From the NCBI GenBank assembly GCA_040437565.1, contig JBDOQK010000008.1:558001-622000 (forward strand): a DNA stretch of 64,000 nt, given 5' to 3'. A program made the position numbers and the translations under genes. The notes beneath the pieces were generated by a model. It was not told the origin of the DNA. It made no database searches and saw nothing but the letters and a program-made list of their open reading frames with translations. Source of the DNA: Albugo candida (lineage: Eukaryota). Below are positions 45,425-58,204 of this stretch, piece by piece; within the stretch, counting starts at the first letter, position 1; each line of letters starts with the position of its first letter.

Positions 45425-47014
45425 CTACTCATCGGTACTCTTAGCGGTGATTTCCTCTTGAAAACAAGGAAATCGTTTTAAATCCTTCAAGTCATCCAAA
45501 GCCTCCAAGGCGCGAATAAACACTTTATTTGGTGTGAGCCAGTCGTCTTCCAATAATCCTTCGGTGAACTTCCCACTGGTGTCCGCAGGATTAAATTGAT
45601 ACGCGCTTTCTGGATTCAAGGACCACATATACCCACCACAGTATCCTTTCTCCATAATCTCCCGTATGGTTGCGTCAATAGTTCGCTGTGTTGTCTTGCG
45701 TGGATGAGCGTCCTTCTCATACAATCCACCAAATTCCCCCAATAAAACCGCGTTCTCTGTTTCGTCCACCAAGAAGCCAAACATATCGTACATTGTGTCC
45801 GCCACGTTCCTATATAACGTCGCGTTATCAAGTTCTACATAATCAGCATAAACTCCACTCGGACCAAAGGTGCCGCCCGCATAAAAGTACCATGCTGGAT
45901 TCACAGCGGTCGTGTAATAGTGTGGAGCATATACGACTTTATTATTCACATCAAGTTGAACCGGCAACCGTTTTGCGTTTTGTAATCCTCCACCCCACCA
46001 GTCGTAATACGTGTCTGTTTTACCTTGAAGCGTGATAGTGTGTTGCCCGTTGATCCCTTCCACAAATGCGAGCCAGTTCTTGCAGTCTGAAATAACGCGG
46101 TTACCGATAAGAGTTGCCCCTCGATGCCAATCTGGATCTTCTCCTCCCCAAGATGATTCGTACGGTTCGTTTTTCAAATCAACACCAACAATGTTCCAAT
46201 ACTTTGAAGAGCATAAACTAGACGTTAATCGATCCACCGCCTTGAGATAATCTTCTTCTGACACGCCCAATCGTTCGCTGTACCACGCCCCACCGGAAGC
46301 TTGTGGTGTTAGTGTATGTAGACTCAAAAGAACGCTGATTCTACGGTAACCTAGTACCGTAACAATGCTTTGAATCATCGATACGTAAGACTTCAGATTG
46401 ATCGCGCGATTTGTCGCCATATTAATCAAATCCTTTTCCGGTGGACTGTTCGTTAAAATGTTTGCAATACTTAGTGGTAAGCGGACGCTATTAAACTTGT
46501 TGCGACTGAGGAAAGATGCGATCTCGTAGGCGGATGTTCCGTTTTCAGAGTTTTCCCAAAGGCCATACGGTATGCGAAGCGACGTCTCCATACCAAACCA
46601 ATTTGTCCCTTTTATGCCGAGTGTCACGCTCGTGCCATTTTTCGAAACGGCAACGATTTTGCCTCCTTTACTCATATAATTGGGTAACTCACAACCCATA
46701 TCAGGATACTTGAGTGGATTCCCAATCTGGCCATCCTCTGAAATAATATCACCGTCTTCGTTGACACCTCCATCTCTGATTTTTCGCTTGTGGAAAATAT
46801 AGTCGTTATATCTGTCAGCTGCTTGATCTCTGTCACGCCGGGCTTGAAGACCGCCGTACACAATGAGTCCAGCAGCACCAGCAATAATAAGGAGGAAAAG
46901 GATAACACCAGGATAAGTTCGAATTCGACCTCTGAATTTTTCACTTCTTCCTGTCGTTTGAGGGAGATGAGAAGACATCACTGTGAATCGTTCGCTAGGA
47001 CGTTGATAGCTCAT
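45425..47014 (-). CDS. Membrane-anchored glycoside hydrolase family 5 endoglucanase/cellulase
   Basis: N-terminal TM, KGTNWFGMET, FNSVRLP, DLKNEP (acid/base Glu), VEG, WWGGGL, YAPHYY, LGEFGG (nucleophile Glu), WSLNPES. Confidence 0.92.
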   Translation of the reverse strand: MSYQRPSERFTVMSSHLPQTTGRSEKFRGRIRTYPGVILFLLIIAGAAGLIVYGGLQARRDRDQAADRYNDYIFHKRKIRDGGVNEDGDIISEDGQIGNPLKYPDMGCELPNYMSKGGKIVAVSKNGTSVTLGIKGTNWFGMETSLRIPYGLWENSENGTSAYEIASFLSRNKFNSVRLPLSIANILTNSPPEKDLINMATNRAINLKSYVSMIQSIVTVLGYRRISVLLSLHTLTPQASGGAWYSERLGVSEEDYLKAVDRLTSSLCSSKYWNIVGVDLKNEPYESSWGGEDPDWHRGATLIGNRVISDCKNWLAFVEGINGQHTITLQGKTDTYYDWWGGGLQNAKRLPVQLDVNNKVVYAPHYYTTAVNPAWYFYAGGTFGPSGVYADYVELDNATLYRNVADTMYDMFGFLVDETENAVLLGEFGGLYEKDAHPRKTTQRTIDATIREIMEKGYCGGYMWSLNPESAYQFNPADTSGKFTEGLLEDDWLTPNKVFIRALEALDDLKDLKRFPCFQEEITAKSTDE

Positions 47015-47947
47015 CCTGAATGAGTGTTAAAAGAAAGCTTGTAGACTTTCGGAATACCAGGAATCGCGTCGAATAACGGTCGCGTGGTTACGTGATAAAA
47101 GGACCTTAACAATAGATGATCTTTCGATTTGTCTTGGCTACTCCAATCATCACAGCTTCATCCATTTATAGCTTGCATATCTTGGAAAGATCGTGGCTCT
47201 ACCGATTGCATTTCCTTGACAATTATGTTGAAGATCTTCATGTCACACTCTTTCTAGAAGGATACATACGCGCTTCAATTACAACAACAAATATTTAGAA
47301 ACCATGTAATATAGAGTCACTCGCGGGGAAATAAAATTAAGCGCGTGCTTATGAGTAATGCGAGGTAGTGTAAAAATTGAGGATTGTGAGTTGTAAATCA
47401 GCTAGCAAAAATGGGAGGTATTGCGCTGCCCGCGCGTCGTATATTGTTTCGAAGATCTTAGTCAAGAAGACGATTAGATGCATACGACAAAATGCAAGAA
47501 GTCTCATGCACGGATATAGTTTGAAAGTAGTATATTCAATTATAATCAGAATAGTAAATGTCATTTTTCCTCTCAATATTGAATGTGTCCGCATGCCTTC
47601 CCACATCGATAAATGATGCAGTGAAGCGGTCAGTTCTCAAAGATTATATATAGCATCATCGAGGAAAATTAGCTGAGAGCAGTCCCTCAACAATATCTGT
47701 GAATATCCTCAGCATCCTATCAGCACTCGTTTGTGCAAGCGCCTGATTGGATTCACGGATCTCAAACTTTTTTGATCTCTCATCGGGAGTAAATTTTACA
47801 ATGAGTGGATGTGGCTGTGATAAGTATTTTAATGTCCAACACACGATTTAGTGGATTCGATCCACATATCGGATATGAATACGTTATTAATTTCTAATTT
47901 CATAACTTGCCACTCGTTGATCTGAATAATTGAAAGTTCTATTTGGA

Positions 47948-48923
47948 ATGACAAGCACTCCTCAAAACAAGGGTAAGGCTCAATCTTTCATCAGATTAAT
48001 GAAATGTGGCAAACTTATCAATCGATTTTGTAGCAAAGTACCAATTGGTACTGATTCGTCACGGTGAATCGGAATGGAATGTGCAGAATCTTTTCACCGG
48101 ATGGTGTGATGTGCCACTTTCATCCAAAGGTATGCGCGTGAGCTTTTCGAATTACATTGCTCACACATACAAATTATCTATCGTTAGGCGAAGATGAATC
48201 GCGTGATGCCGGCAAACTTCTTAAAGATGCTGGTTTTGTATTCGATTTTGCATATACTTCAGTGCTGAAGCGCGCAATAAAAACGCTATGGAATGTGCTC
48301 GAAGAAATGAACTTGATGTGGATCCCCACTGTCTCTTCTTGGACTTTGAACGAGCGACATTATGGTTCGTTGACCGGTTTGAACAAGCAGGAAACGGTTG
48401 ACAAGCACGGGCTGGAGCAGGTTTGAGTATTGCATGCGTTAATGCAGCACCTGTTCATAAGCATGATATATGACAGGTGATGATATGGCGAAGAAGTTTT
48501 GCTATCCCGCCTCCACCACTTGATCAAACAAGCGAATATTATCCCGGAAAGGATATCAAGTATCAGAATATACCAAGGGAAAAGCTTCCGCTGTCCGAGT
48601 CCCTCAAAACTACCGGTGAGCGAGTACTACCGTTCTGGAGAGACACGATTGTCCCTTCCATTCAGAGTGGAAAACGTGTATTGATTGCCGCACATGGGAA
48701 TAGTCTTCGCGCTTTGGTTCAGCGCCTTGATCAAATCCCCGAAAATGTCATCACAGGCCTCAATATTCCCACAGGGATTCCCCTTGTCTATGATTTGGAC
48801 GAAAATATGCGTCCAATCCCGCATCCTGATGCTATCGCTCCTCTTTCCGGCCGATATATTGGTGATTTGGAAGATGTTAGAGCTCGAATCGCCGGAGTTG
48901 CAAATCAGACAAAAACGAAATAA
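47948..48923 (+). CDS. PGAM: 2,3-bisphosphoglycerate-dependent phosphoglycerate mutase (4 exons)
   Basis: [61 protein letters not shown]; first exon MTSTPQNK with no obvious presequence. Confidence 0.96.
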
Positions 48924-49071
48924 GAACACGAACGGATAAACTGCCTTTTCAATTGAACTGACTAAAATTTTGTCTTATTGTGTACCAATCACACTCGTTC
49001 TGTGATTGAACAAAAATCAGATTCAATTTGAAAATTTAATTGTTGCTCTTCTTCATTTCCGCATCTTAATC

Positions 49072-50801
49072 TTACGCGACTTCTGCAACACGCATAACGA
49101 CTTGTCGGCCGAGATCATCAGATAACGAGTCCGAGCTCAGGAGCACGACGCGGTCTTTTGAGACGAGCCATCCCATCCGTTTCGCTTCTTTGATGGCTTC
49201 AGCAGCAGTAGGTCGACTCATTTGATTGGCTGGAACAACTGGGTACAATCCTCGATGAATTTGAAGTTGTCGACCAATTTTACACGACGGTGTAAAGCAC
49301 ATTACTGGGACAGTCGGTCTGTACTTGGCAATCATCTGAGCCGTACGTCCCGTATCTGTCAGGACAATCATCAATTTTGCATTCATTTCATGCGCTGTCT
49401 TGACGACCGAACTTGCAACCGACTCAACATCATTTTCCGCTGGAGTCCACTCGTACTCATGATACTGTGTCTCCAGTAATTGATCCGCTTCCTTGATAAC
49501 AGTCATCATGGTACGAACAGAGTCGACAGGATATTTTCCATTGGCACATTCTCCGCTTAGCATGACCGCGTCAGCACCATCTAAAACAGCGTTTCCGACG
49601 TCAGACACCTCTGCGCGAGTAGGACGAGGATTTTGAATCATCGATTCCAGCATTTGAGTTGCAACAATAACCGGTTTACCAATAGCGTTGCATTTCTCAA
49701 CCATTAATTTCTGATACGTTAATACTTTTTGTAGCGGAACTTCGACGCCTAAATCACCACGGGCCACCATAATTCCATCAGAAACCTCTAAAATTTGGTC
49801 GAAATTCTGAATGCCTTCCAAATTCTCTATTTTTGAAATAATTTTAGGAGCTGGGTGATCAGACGGCCAATGCTTGGACATCTGAGATTGGACAAATTCT
49901 CTAATCTCAATGACGTCACTGGGCTTGCGGATGAACGAGGCTGCGATAAAATCCACGTCATGTTGTACACCAAACATCAGATCAATCTTATCTTTTTCCG
50001 ACAGAGCCGGTAGGTTGACTTGTAATCCAGGCAAATTGACTCCTTTCGTATTACCGAGCTCTTCGGTGTTTTGAATTACACACCGAATTTCGTTTTTCGC
50101 TTTGTCAACGTGAATCGCATTCAACCGAATCAAACCGTCAGATAGCAAAACTGTATCCCCAGATTTGACGGTGTCGACTAGATGCGGATAGGTAATGTAA
50201 ATTCGTTCCGCCGTTCCTTGTTCTTGAAATTCCTTGTTGTTGGTCAAAAGTATTTCTTTGCCAGTTTCCAGAAGCACTTTCTTCCCGTTTTTCATTTTGC
50301 CAGTTCGAATTTCAGGTCCTTTTGTATCCAATAGCACGGCTCGGAGGTTGAATGTGTTTTGGCTTTCAGAGTGCACACCGCGACAAGCTCGAAGATTGTG
50401 TATGCCTACATAACTGAAATTAATGAGTGAATTACTTTAGGTACACATTGAAACTACGTTGAAGCGCCTCGGAATGCTCCGCGTGAGAAAAATTGATTCG
50501 CATGATGCGAAGTCCTTCATCGACCAACTTTTGTGTCATGTCTGGCGACTCGGATACTGGTCCGATTGTTCCAACAATCTGCACGGTGCAACAGTTCATT
50601 GATAAGCAAAGAAGGGAAATAGAGTACCTTTGTCATAGAAAATTTCTCGCTCCTTGGATTCTTATAGCCCCCACTTTGGGAATAAGTAGACAGTGATTTC
50701 AAAAATACGGGAATAGATGATCCATTATGAGAATGACCGTAGTGGACCGCTTTTGAAGTGCGCGCTAAAGCGATCGAGTGGCGATGGAATCGCTGAAACA
50801 T
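49072..50801 (-). CDS. PK: Pyruvate kinase with an N-terminal mitochondrial-type presequence (3 exons)
   Basis: TK|IVGTIGP, RINFSH, LDTKGPEIRTG, IISKIENLEG, DGIMVARGDLGVE, ATQMLESM..NPRPTRAEVSDV; leader MFQRFHRHSIALARTSKAVHY. Confidence 0.96.
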
Positions 50802-51260
50802 TTGATTTTTGTGGTACTGCCCTGTCGAACCTAATGATACTGCGCACTTAGGGACAAACGCTGCAAAAGCACATGGTTGCTTGATTCCTTAGCATATTAA
50901 ATATGATACATGACGATGGGCTAGGAGCGTGTACGCAGCACATTTTTCCTCACATCTAAACGCTGGTCAATTGCATCTGACCTAATTTCAGGCTATATTA
51001 TTTTTGCAAGTGCAGCTCAAACTAGATATTCCTTACACCGCATTCGCTATACTGCATTCCTACCCATTGATGAGTGAAGTTACCTAGTGCGACAATGATA
51101 GCTTGTTGACTCCCATCATTTGAAGTTCATTGAGTTTGGTATTTAGTATATCAAACTATGCTTATAAACCCTGACCCCTCTATGATCTTTCGCTCCATGA
51201 GTCAATATTTTACCTACAACGTTTCTGTTTTGTCCAATCGAACATATATACCGTCGAGTG

Positions 51261-52106
51261 ATGTCATTGGTCCGCGGCGTTACTTTTGACTTGGATGACA
51301 CGCTTTGGTGCGGCAAAACAGTTATAGCCGATGCAACCACTCGTTTTCACGCATTCATAGAATCGCGTGCTCCTCTTTTAAGTACCTCTTTTCCTCCTGA
51401 TGCATTCAGTCAGTTACTTCTTCAGTTCCAAAAAGCGCTGCCTGATCATGCGCACGACTACACGTTTTTGAGAAAGTATACACTCTTGCATTGCGCAAAG
51501 CAAGTTGGAGGGTATCGTGCACTCGGGTTTCATTCAGACGAAGAATTGAAACATTTTATTGATGAGTCGTGTGAGACCTTTTTGAAATTTCGCAGTCAGC
51601 CTCAAATATTTGATGGTGTCCCGGAGATGCTTACTCAATTAAATGCATTTTTACGAGCTGATGAAGCAAATTCTGGAAAAGAAGAAATCTTGGAACGAAG
51701 CAAACATATCGGAGTGATAACCAATGGAAATTGTCGGTTTGAATATCTCCCAAAAGCCGTCAGTGATATGTTTGACTTTGTGGTTTCGGCAGAAACCGCG
51801 AAGAAGGCAAAACCACATCGACAGATATTTGAGGCGGCAATCAACCAGTTCTCTAACACCGCAAATCCTCACGAATTTGTACATGTGGGAGATCATTATC
51901 GATGCGACATAGAGGGAGCAAAGTGTGCGGGAATGAGGACGATCTGGGTGAACGCTTTTTGGAAGAGCGAAAATGTCTACAGTCGGAAGGATGGCGAGTA
52001 TGGTGATTATGCTGCGGCAGATGCGATTATTCGAAGCATCAGAGACGTAATGACTGTTTTGATACATTGGCAGAACGAATCTCGATCGAATAGCTCAGGC
52101 GTATAG
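51261..52106 (+). CDS. HAD-superfamily (subfamily IA, YigB-like) phosphatase
   Basis: Motif I TFDLDDTLW, motif II ITNGN, motif III KPHRQIF, motif IV HVGDHYRCDIEGA. Confidence 0.88.
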   Translation: MSLVRGVTFDLDDTLWCGKTVIADATTRFHAFIESRAPLLSTSFPPDAFSQLLLQFQKALPDHAHDYTFLRKYTLLHCAKQVGGYRALGFHSDEELKHFIDESCETFLKFRSQPQIFDGVPEMLTQLNAFLRADEANSGKEEILERSKHIGVITNGNCRFEYLPKAVSDMFDFVVSAETAKKAKPHRQIFEAAINQFSNTANPHEFVHVGDHYRCDIEGAKCAGMRTIWVNAFWKSENVYSRKDGEYGDYAAADAIIRSIRDVMTVLIHWQNESRSNSSGV

Positions 52107-52652
52107 TACATTCGGATGATAACAAAACTGGATGCTCTCATCAATGACCACCGTACTCAATTTGACTANNNNNNNNNNNNNNNNNNNNNNNNNNNNNNNN
52201 NNNNNNNNNNNNNNNNNNNNNNNNNNNNNNNNNNNNNNNNNNNNNNNNNNNNNNNNNNNNNNNNNNNNTAGTACATTCGGATGATAACAAAACTGGATGC
52301 TCTCATCAATGACCACCGTACTCAATTTGACTAAAAAAGTTGAGTGGGGCCGCTATCTTACTTGACTTGAAGCGTGCAGACAGGGACTCGCAAGCCTCAA
52401 ATTCACCTGCAAACATTATATATTCCAGTTGCTGTAGATGTTTTAAGTGCCAAATACGATTATATACTTGCACCCTCATGCTGTTGAACCTGATATCGCC
52501 CGATTCGCTGGCATAGAGAAACAATAGAACATGGAAACTTGGGGCTGAAAATGCATGGATCTGTACAGCACATGTTCAAGTACGTCTACTAATCTCTAAG
52601 AATATTTGTACAATTCAATCCTTTCAACTCGATAAAGTCTGTGCAATATTAA

Positions 52653-54419
52653 CTACATATTCATGGCTTGTTGATTCGCTTGTGTCAGTTCATAAGCCGT
52701 CTCGGCTGCGCGCCGTAGCGCCAACATCTGATGATATAAGTTCGTTTGATACGAAGATACACTGCGATTATGTGTGATGTACGGTATTCTTGGTGATTCG
52801 AGTACCCGGCTATCCTTACCATTTACTTCGGATGTTGCTCGTAAAATGGTTGTATCTAATTCCAACTCAACATCCACATCGTTGCCTCGACTTGTATATT
52901 GGTCATCACTCTTTTGTCCGTCGGCGACCCGCTCGGTATCCTCATCTTTTGCTGGCGATAATGACAATAAATTCTGAAAACTCTGTGCAAGTTCATCGCT
53001 GTCTTCTTCTTTTTCTATTTTGGAATCTTCACCACCCTGATCCAGCACTGTATAGTTGACTGTGGTTTCAAAGTAGCGCGAAGCGTCCTCTTCGGTTGTC
53101 TCCAAATCAGACAAAACCAAATCCGACTCGATCGGAGAGGATGAATCATTTGCTAACGTATTCACCACTATAGGAGTCTTCGGGTCGGGATCCACTCCAA
53201 AAACGTGTAGCTTTGTGGTGGATATGCACCGAACACAACACCAATACTTTCCTTGATATTTTTTCCCAATCATTCGCTTGCGAAGGCAGCAATGATGACA
53301 TACAATCAGTTCGCATATATAACACTTGCGGTACTGCAACATCCCCATCAAATTACGTTTGAATGATTTATGGCATCGCATACATGAATTTCCAGCGACT
53401 TGATGTCCACTTTTGCGCTCGTGTTTCAATGCCGATGTATCAGCCCCAGAAGTGACAGCAGCGAGCTTTCTACCCTCCACGTACTGTATGAGATCAAAAA
53501 CTCGCGAAGAGAGGGAAAGGTTGACATGAAATGCAAACTTGTGACCTATGCCACCTTCCAGTCTAAGTGCGGTTTCGGAGAAGATTTGAACCACATTTGG
53601 TTGTATCTGCCGATAAATACAAATAATTGCCATACGACTGCGAAAAGAAGACGAAAATTCAGGAATCTGAGGTAATTCGCATGGTCGTATAACCAGATAC
53701 CCTATTTTAGCGGTCTCGGTAAGCGTCGGACCACGTTCATGTGGTGATACGTTCAACAGTCCCACTGACTCGTAGTACACGAGATCACGTTGTTTTACTA
53801 ATAGATTGGCTCCTGGGACAGGCATACGCGCTAGACACCACTTGATACAAAGGGAACGGAAGCGCTTGTTGATATACGGTGTGCCTTGAGGACGCTCAAC
53901 AGTACACACAATCCTAGCGTCTCGCACGGAAGATGCATTTACGTACGCGATCCGCTGCATGTAATCCGCATCTGTTGGTGTATAGTCACCGTATATCAGA
54001 TCTTCTACCGTGCTTTGAACGGTGCCAACTGCGACAATAACTGGTGAACAGCTGGATCGATCAATTCTTTCTTTTGGGGTTTTATGGGTGCTGACATAAA
54101 AATCTAGATCTCCTTTGCGTTTTATATGCTTCCAACGCCGAATATGTTTCCGACCACCACTCAGAAAATTATGTTCTCGCTGAAATGCTTCCTCTAAAAA
54201 ACGATTGCGTTCCAGAAGACTTTGTTGTTCTTGAGCGGGTGTTAGCTTAATATTGCAAAAATAGTTTGGAGGTAAAGGAAATTTTGCTCTTTGTGGAACC
54301 TTGACTGTTGATGGTTGCGTTAATTGGGAATGGAGCGTCACATTATTTCTGGTACCAGCTTGAGCTGAATCACAACCCGCTGTTGATGCGGAAGTGTATC
54401 GGTCTCGAGCTGTTGCCAT
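52653..54419 (-). CDS. START-like + degenerate FYVE protein (paralogue of 25572-27329)
   Basis: KFPLP..YF, RWKHIK...LDFY, EDLIYG, LCIKW, KQRDLVYYES, GYLVIRPCELP; Cys finger; C-terminal LYHQMLALRRAAETAYELTQ. Confidence 0.78.
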   Translation of the reverse strand: MATARDRYTSASTAGCDSAQAGTRNNVTLHSQLTQPSTVKVPQRAKFPLPPNYFCNIKLTPAQEQQSLLERNRFLEEAFQREHNFLSGGRKHIRRWKHIKRKGDLDFYVSTHKTPKERIDRSSCSPVIVAVGTVQSTVEDLIYGDYTPTDADYMQRIAYVNASSVRDARIVCTVERPQGTPYINKRFRSLCIKWCLARMPVPGANLLVKQRDLVYYESVGLLNVSPHERGPTLTETAKIGYLVIRPCELPQIPEFSSSFRSRMAIICIYRQIQPNVVQIFSETALRLEGGIGHKFAFHVNLSLSSRVFDLIQYVEGRKLAAVTSGADTSALKHERKSGHQVAGNSCMRCHKSFKRNLMGMLQYRKCYICELIVCHHCCLRKRMIGKKYQGKYWCCVRCISTTKLHVFGVDPDPKTPIVVNTLANDSSSPIESDLVLSDLETTEEDASRYFETTVNYTVLDQGGEDSKIEKEEDSDELAQSFQNLLSLSPAKDEDTERVADGQKSDDQYTSRGNDVDVELELDTTILRATSEVNGKDSRVLESPRIPYITHNRSVSSYQTNLYHQMLALRRAAETAYELTQANQQAMNM

Positions 54420-55147
54420 AAATATCGCACAATGACTATAAATACTCAGTTAATTCTTTGGGTCGTTGAAGGCAGAATTCCCTAACGCAGTCACAGTGAC
54501 ACAATGTCTGGAACGTTGTTTTTTCCTGCAGGGTTTGGTACCAATAAAATAATCGACTGAGGAATAATGTACTTGATACTTAGAATGAGTATCACGAAAT
54601 CAGTCTGACACACAAAATAGGCAGCCCCAACCACTCATTCTGGTGACAACCTCATAAAGGGATATCTTGCGTCATCCGGAAAGCAAATTTAGATCAAAAC
54701 GCAAAAGATAAACGGAATACGTGAGAATACCGGGCCGCGGACAGGCTATAACAAAATTTAAATTGAGGTGATGCTCGGTAGACTTTTGATGAGAGCCAGT
54801 TGTTACCCCTTTCCTCATGCCTGGTAGTGGTTCTGATGGGTTTTCGAACACAAAGACAGCGTAGATAATGTGATGACCAAGCAATTATGCAGAGAAAATG
54901 CCTTCAAAAGTCATGAATGATCGATAGAATATAGCGTGCGCAACTAATTAATTGAATTGTAGAGGATTGTCACCGTACTTGTTGCCCTATGTCTTGAACA
55001 TAATCTAGCTCTTTATGATATGTCGTTTTTATGCTCGTTTTTCCAGAGGAAACGTTTGTCTGTCTGGACAATCGCATACCGGTTATTTAGGCCTGTGAAA
55101 CATGATAGTTTAATTTCATATTACGGATCATAAGGTAGACGACTGAT

Positions 55148-56672
55148 ATGAACTGGTTTAAGAAAGCAGGACACAATGTTCGACTTGCGTACATTTTCAC
55201 ATTTTTCTATTGGGCAGCGAACAGGTACGTCATGAAAAATACGCTCTAACAAAAACTAGTACACTCATCTTCATTCATATGTGTGTAGTATATTATTTCA
55301 ACAAATTCTTGCAGGTTACGTTTTCCAATTGACAAAATCCAATAAACCAGTTGGTATCGTAAACGGAATCAAAGGTATTCTCCAGCTCGTATTTTCTCTT
55401 CCGGCGGGTGTCGCATCCGATCGAGTGCGCAGAGATCGTATCTTGAAATTCTCCGGAGCTATCGGTATCTGTACCAGCATAGTCACTTGGTATGCATTAC
55501 TACACTCCTCAATGGTACTTTTGTACGGCGCTTTTGCCAGCTGGGGTGTTTTCACTGCCTTCCAAAATCCATCCATGGAGGCACTATTTGCTGACTCTAT
55601 CCCTCACGGCAAGCGGTCTTTTCCTTTCATGGTCAAATATATCATCTGTAATGTTGCGCTCATTTGTGGGCCACTCGCCTGCATTGTTCTATTTATCAAT
55701 TTTGGCAATTCATGGGAAATTGAGGAATTGACTCCCGTATTATGTTTTGGCGTTTTGCTCGCATTAATTGGATCAATTCTTTTATTTCAATTCAATGATT
55801 CTTACGCTGTGGAAGATGAATTTGCAGGTGAGACACCTACACAAGGAGGGAAGAAAGCAAAGGTCAAGTCTGATCGGTGCACTTCACCGCCACTGAAAAC
55901 TCCGACATTTGAAAATGGCTTCCGAGTTGAATACAATTATTCCGATGACGAGCAAGAGGAGCAAGCTGATAGTAAAGATCCCACACGTCCAATTGGGCAA
56001 GCATCCGGGCAGGAAAGCGTGATTAATGAGAACACGATTTTGTTAAAGGAAGATGGTACCAATTCATTGGTATCTAACCGTGTTGACGGCAAGTTTTTGT
56101 GTCTCCGATACAAACACGTTCCGATAATCATTTTCATATCCGATTTTATTATCAGCAATGGCGCAGGAATGATGATCAGTTTCTTCCCCCTTTTCTTCAA
56201 GCAAGAGTACGGTTTATCACCAATCCAAGTGAGTTGGATTTTCATTGCACAACCAATTCTGGTCATATTTTTGTCCTTTCAAAGTCAGCGATTTTCCAAA
56301 CGCATTGGACGTATGCCAATCATTATAGCCACTCGCGTTATCTCTGTGGCCTGTCTCATCTGTATGACTTTCGTTCAACCATTGGCTCTTCAGATCCTTT
56401 TCTTCTTATTACGCGGTGGATTGATGCGATGTTCTCAGCCTTTACGACGTTCTATATTAATGGATGCGGTGCCTAAAAGATTGCGTGCTCGATGGAATGC
56501 GTTGGAAAGCTTGTCTGTGTTTTCTTGGTCGGGAAGTGCATTTGTCGGTGGATATCTTATCGACGCGTATGACTATCGAATGTGTTTTCTCATCACGTCA
56601 TTTGTGTACTCTATTGGTGTCACCTTGGAGCTCGTACTTCTTCCGTTGACGAAGCACGCTCGTGAGAGATAG
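55148..56672 (+). CDS. Major facilitator superfamily transporter (2 exons)
   Basis: First exon MNWFKKAGHNVRLAYIFTFFYWAAN; MFS motif A GVASDRVRRD; second half SKRIGR; 12 predicted TM helices around a central loop. Confidence 0.88.
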
Positions 56673-56859
56673 ATTGTACATTACGTGCATACACTTAAAG
56701 TATGAATGCCACCAAATGAATAGCAGTCGTAATTTCGCACCACAGAAACGTTTCTAGATCTTCTGGCAATGTTCAAGCTATAGAGTGTTCTACTTAGTGT
56801 GGTGGGAGAGAGGTGCTCTAAAATTCTTCAGGTCGAAACTGCTGGCTAATGAGGCGCCA

Positions 56860-57100
56860 TCAAGATTTATAACGAGCAGTTTGTGTGGTTTCGGATGACC
56901 GCTTGCACGTTGGCGGTAATTGCGCAACTAAGCATAATTCATAAGCACCGTTCACACAAGCTTTAGGAATTCTGAATTTACGTGTTCTATTTTTTACAAC
57001 TTTGAGGCATGTACAACCATCGGACGTGTAATTGCCATAATCGCTTGGACAAATGTATTGAATTAGTATGAGTTGATAGAGCACTTATGACTTTGAACAT
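56860..57100 (-). pseudogene. Possible frameshifted small cysteine-rich secreted protein
   Basis: ATG at 57100 lies 16 nt upstream of the 74-codon frame; removing one base gives MFKVIVLYQLILIQYICPSDYG... with 6 Cys. Confidence 0.3.
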
Positions 57101-58204
57101 GCCACGTTTCCACGTCATTTTAGCGATTAATTGGCGTATTAGAGTGCACAGGATAAAGTATTGTCTGAGGGTAAAAATCCGCTTTTTGTTGCATTTATGA
57201 TATCGCAAATTTGACAGAGTCAGCACGAAGGTGACCAAACAATTGCAAGTGCCCGTCGTGGACATAATTCAAGTATACTTTTTCTTGTACTCAAATTTGA
57301 AGGAATCTCTGTTTTCTTTGCATGTGTGTTTATTCGCTTGCAATCGAACAAAGGAATCATCAGATTTACTTATACTCGGCCACATTTCCGACTCTTCTTT
57401 AGAGTCAAGGATAAGGTGACATAAAAGGAAAAAGGACTATCTTTCCGGCTTATTAGTATGGCAGGACAGCACATCAGTCAACATCCAACGAACATTACAT
57501 TGTATTTGAGAAGAAACAACCCCTAATTCCAGCTGATAGCTGGCGTTCAAGAGCTAGAGGAATAATTGGATCTCATTATTAAGATTAAAGAAACCATCTG
57601 ATGCAAATGATAGCTGTGTTTGGCGATCGGCCCAGCCTTGTTCAAGAATATAAACGGCAAAAGCTCCCATCAAGACAGATCCGACCAAGGTGATGCCTCC
57701 AAATCACCAATTTACATGGTGCTGCTTTTCAAGTGCGAACAGCTAGATGAAACCGTAGTAATCACTATCATGTAGCTATTGTATCTCTTCCTAACGTTCA
57801 CAGTACGATGCAAATTTTTGTTTCTTAAAACACCAAATTGCTTTCTTTCGCTTTTGTTGTTATGGTGCGTGCGACTATTGCTACAGACAAAACACCTCTA
57901 CTTGGCTAACCGGTGCAAACTGATATCATTGGGTCGCTATATTTTATTACGATCCAGTCTTCTTCAATTTTGGCGACGTTAGATTGTAAGTTGATTATGA
58001 GTAGCGTTTCTCCTCATTACTACTTAATTCCACTCCGATAAACTTCGCTGTGGACTTGCCTACATCAACCTTGCATGTATTGGTTTAATTATTGTACTTC
58101 AGGTATTAGAAGATTTACGTCGAATTCTAGTAATATAGACAATTTCAGTTAGAATGGCTAAATTATGGGAGCCGTTAGTACAGTAATCACTTACCCTCTT
58201 GATA

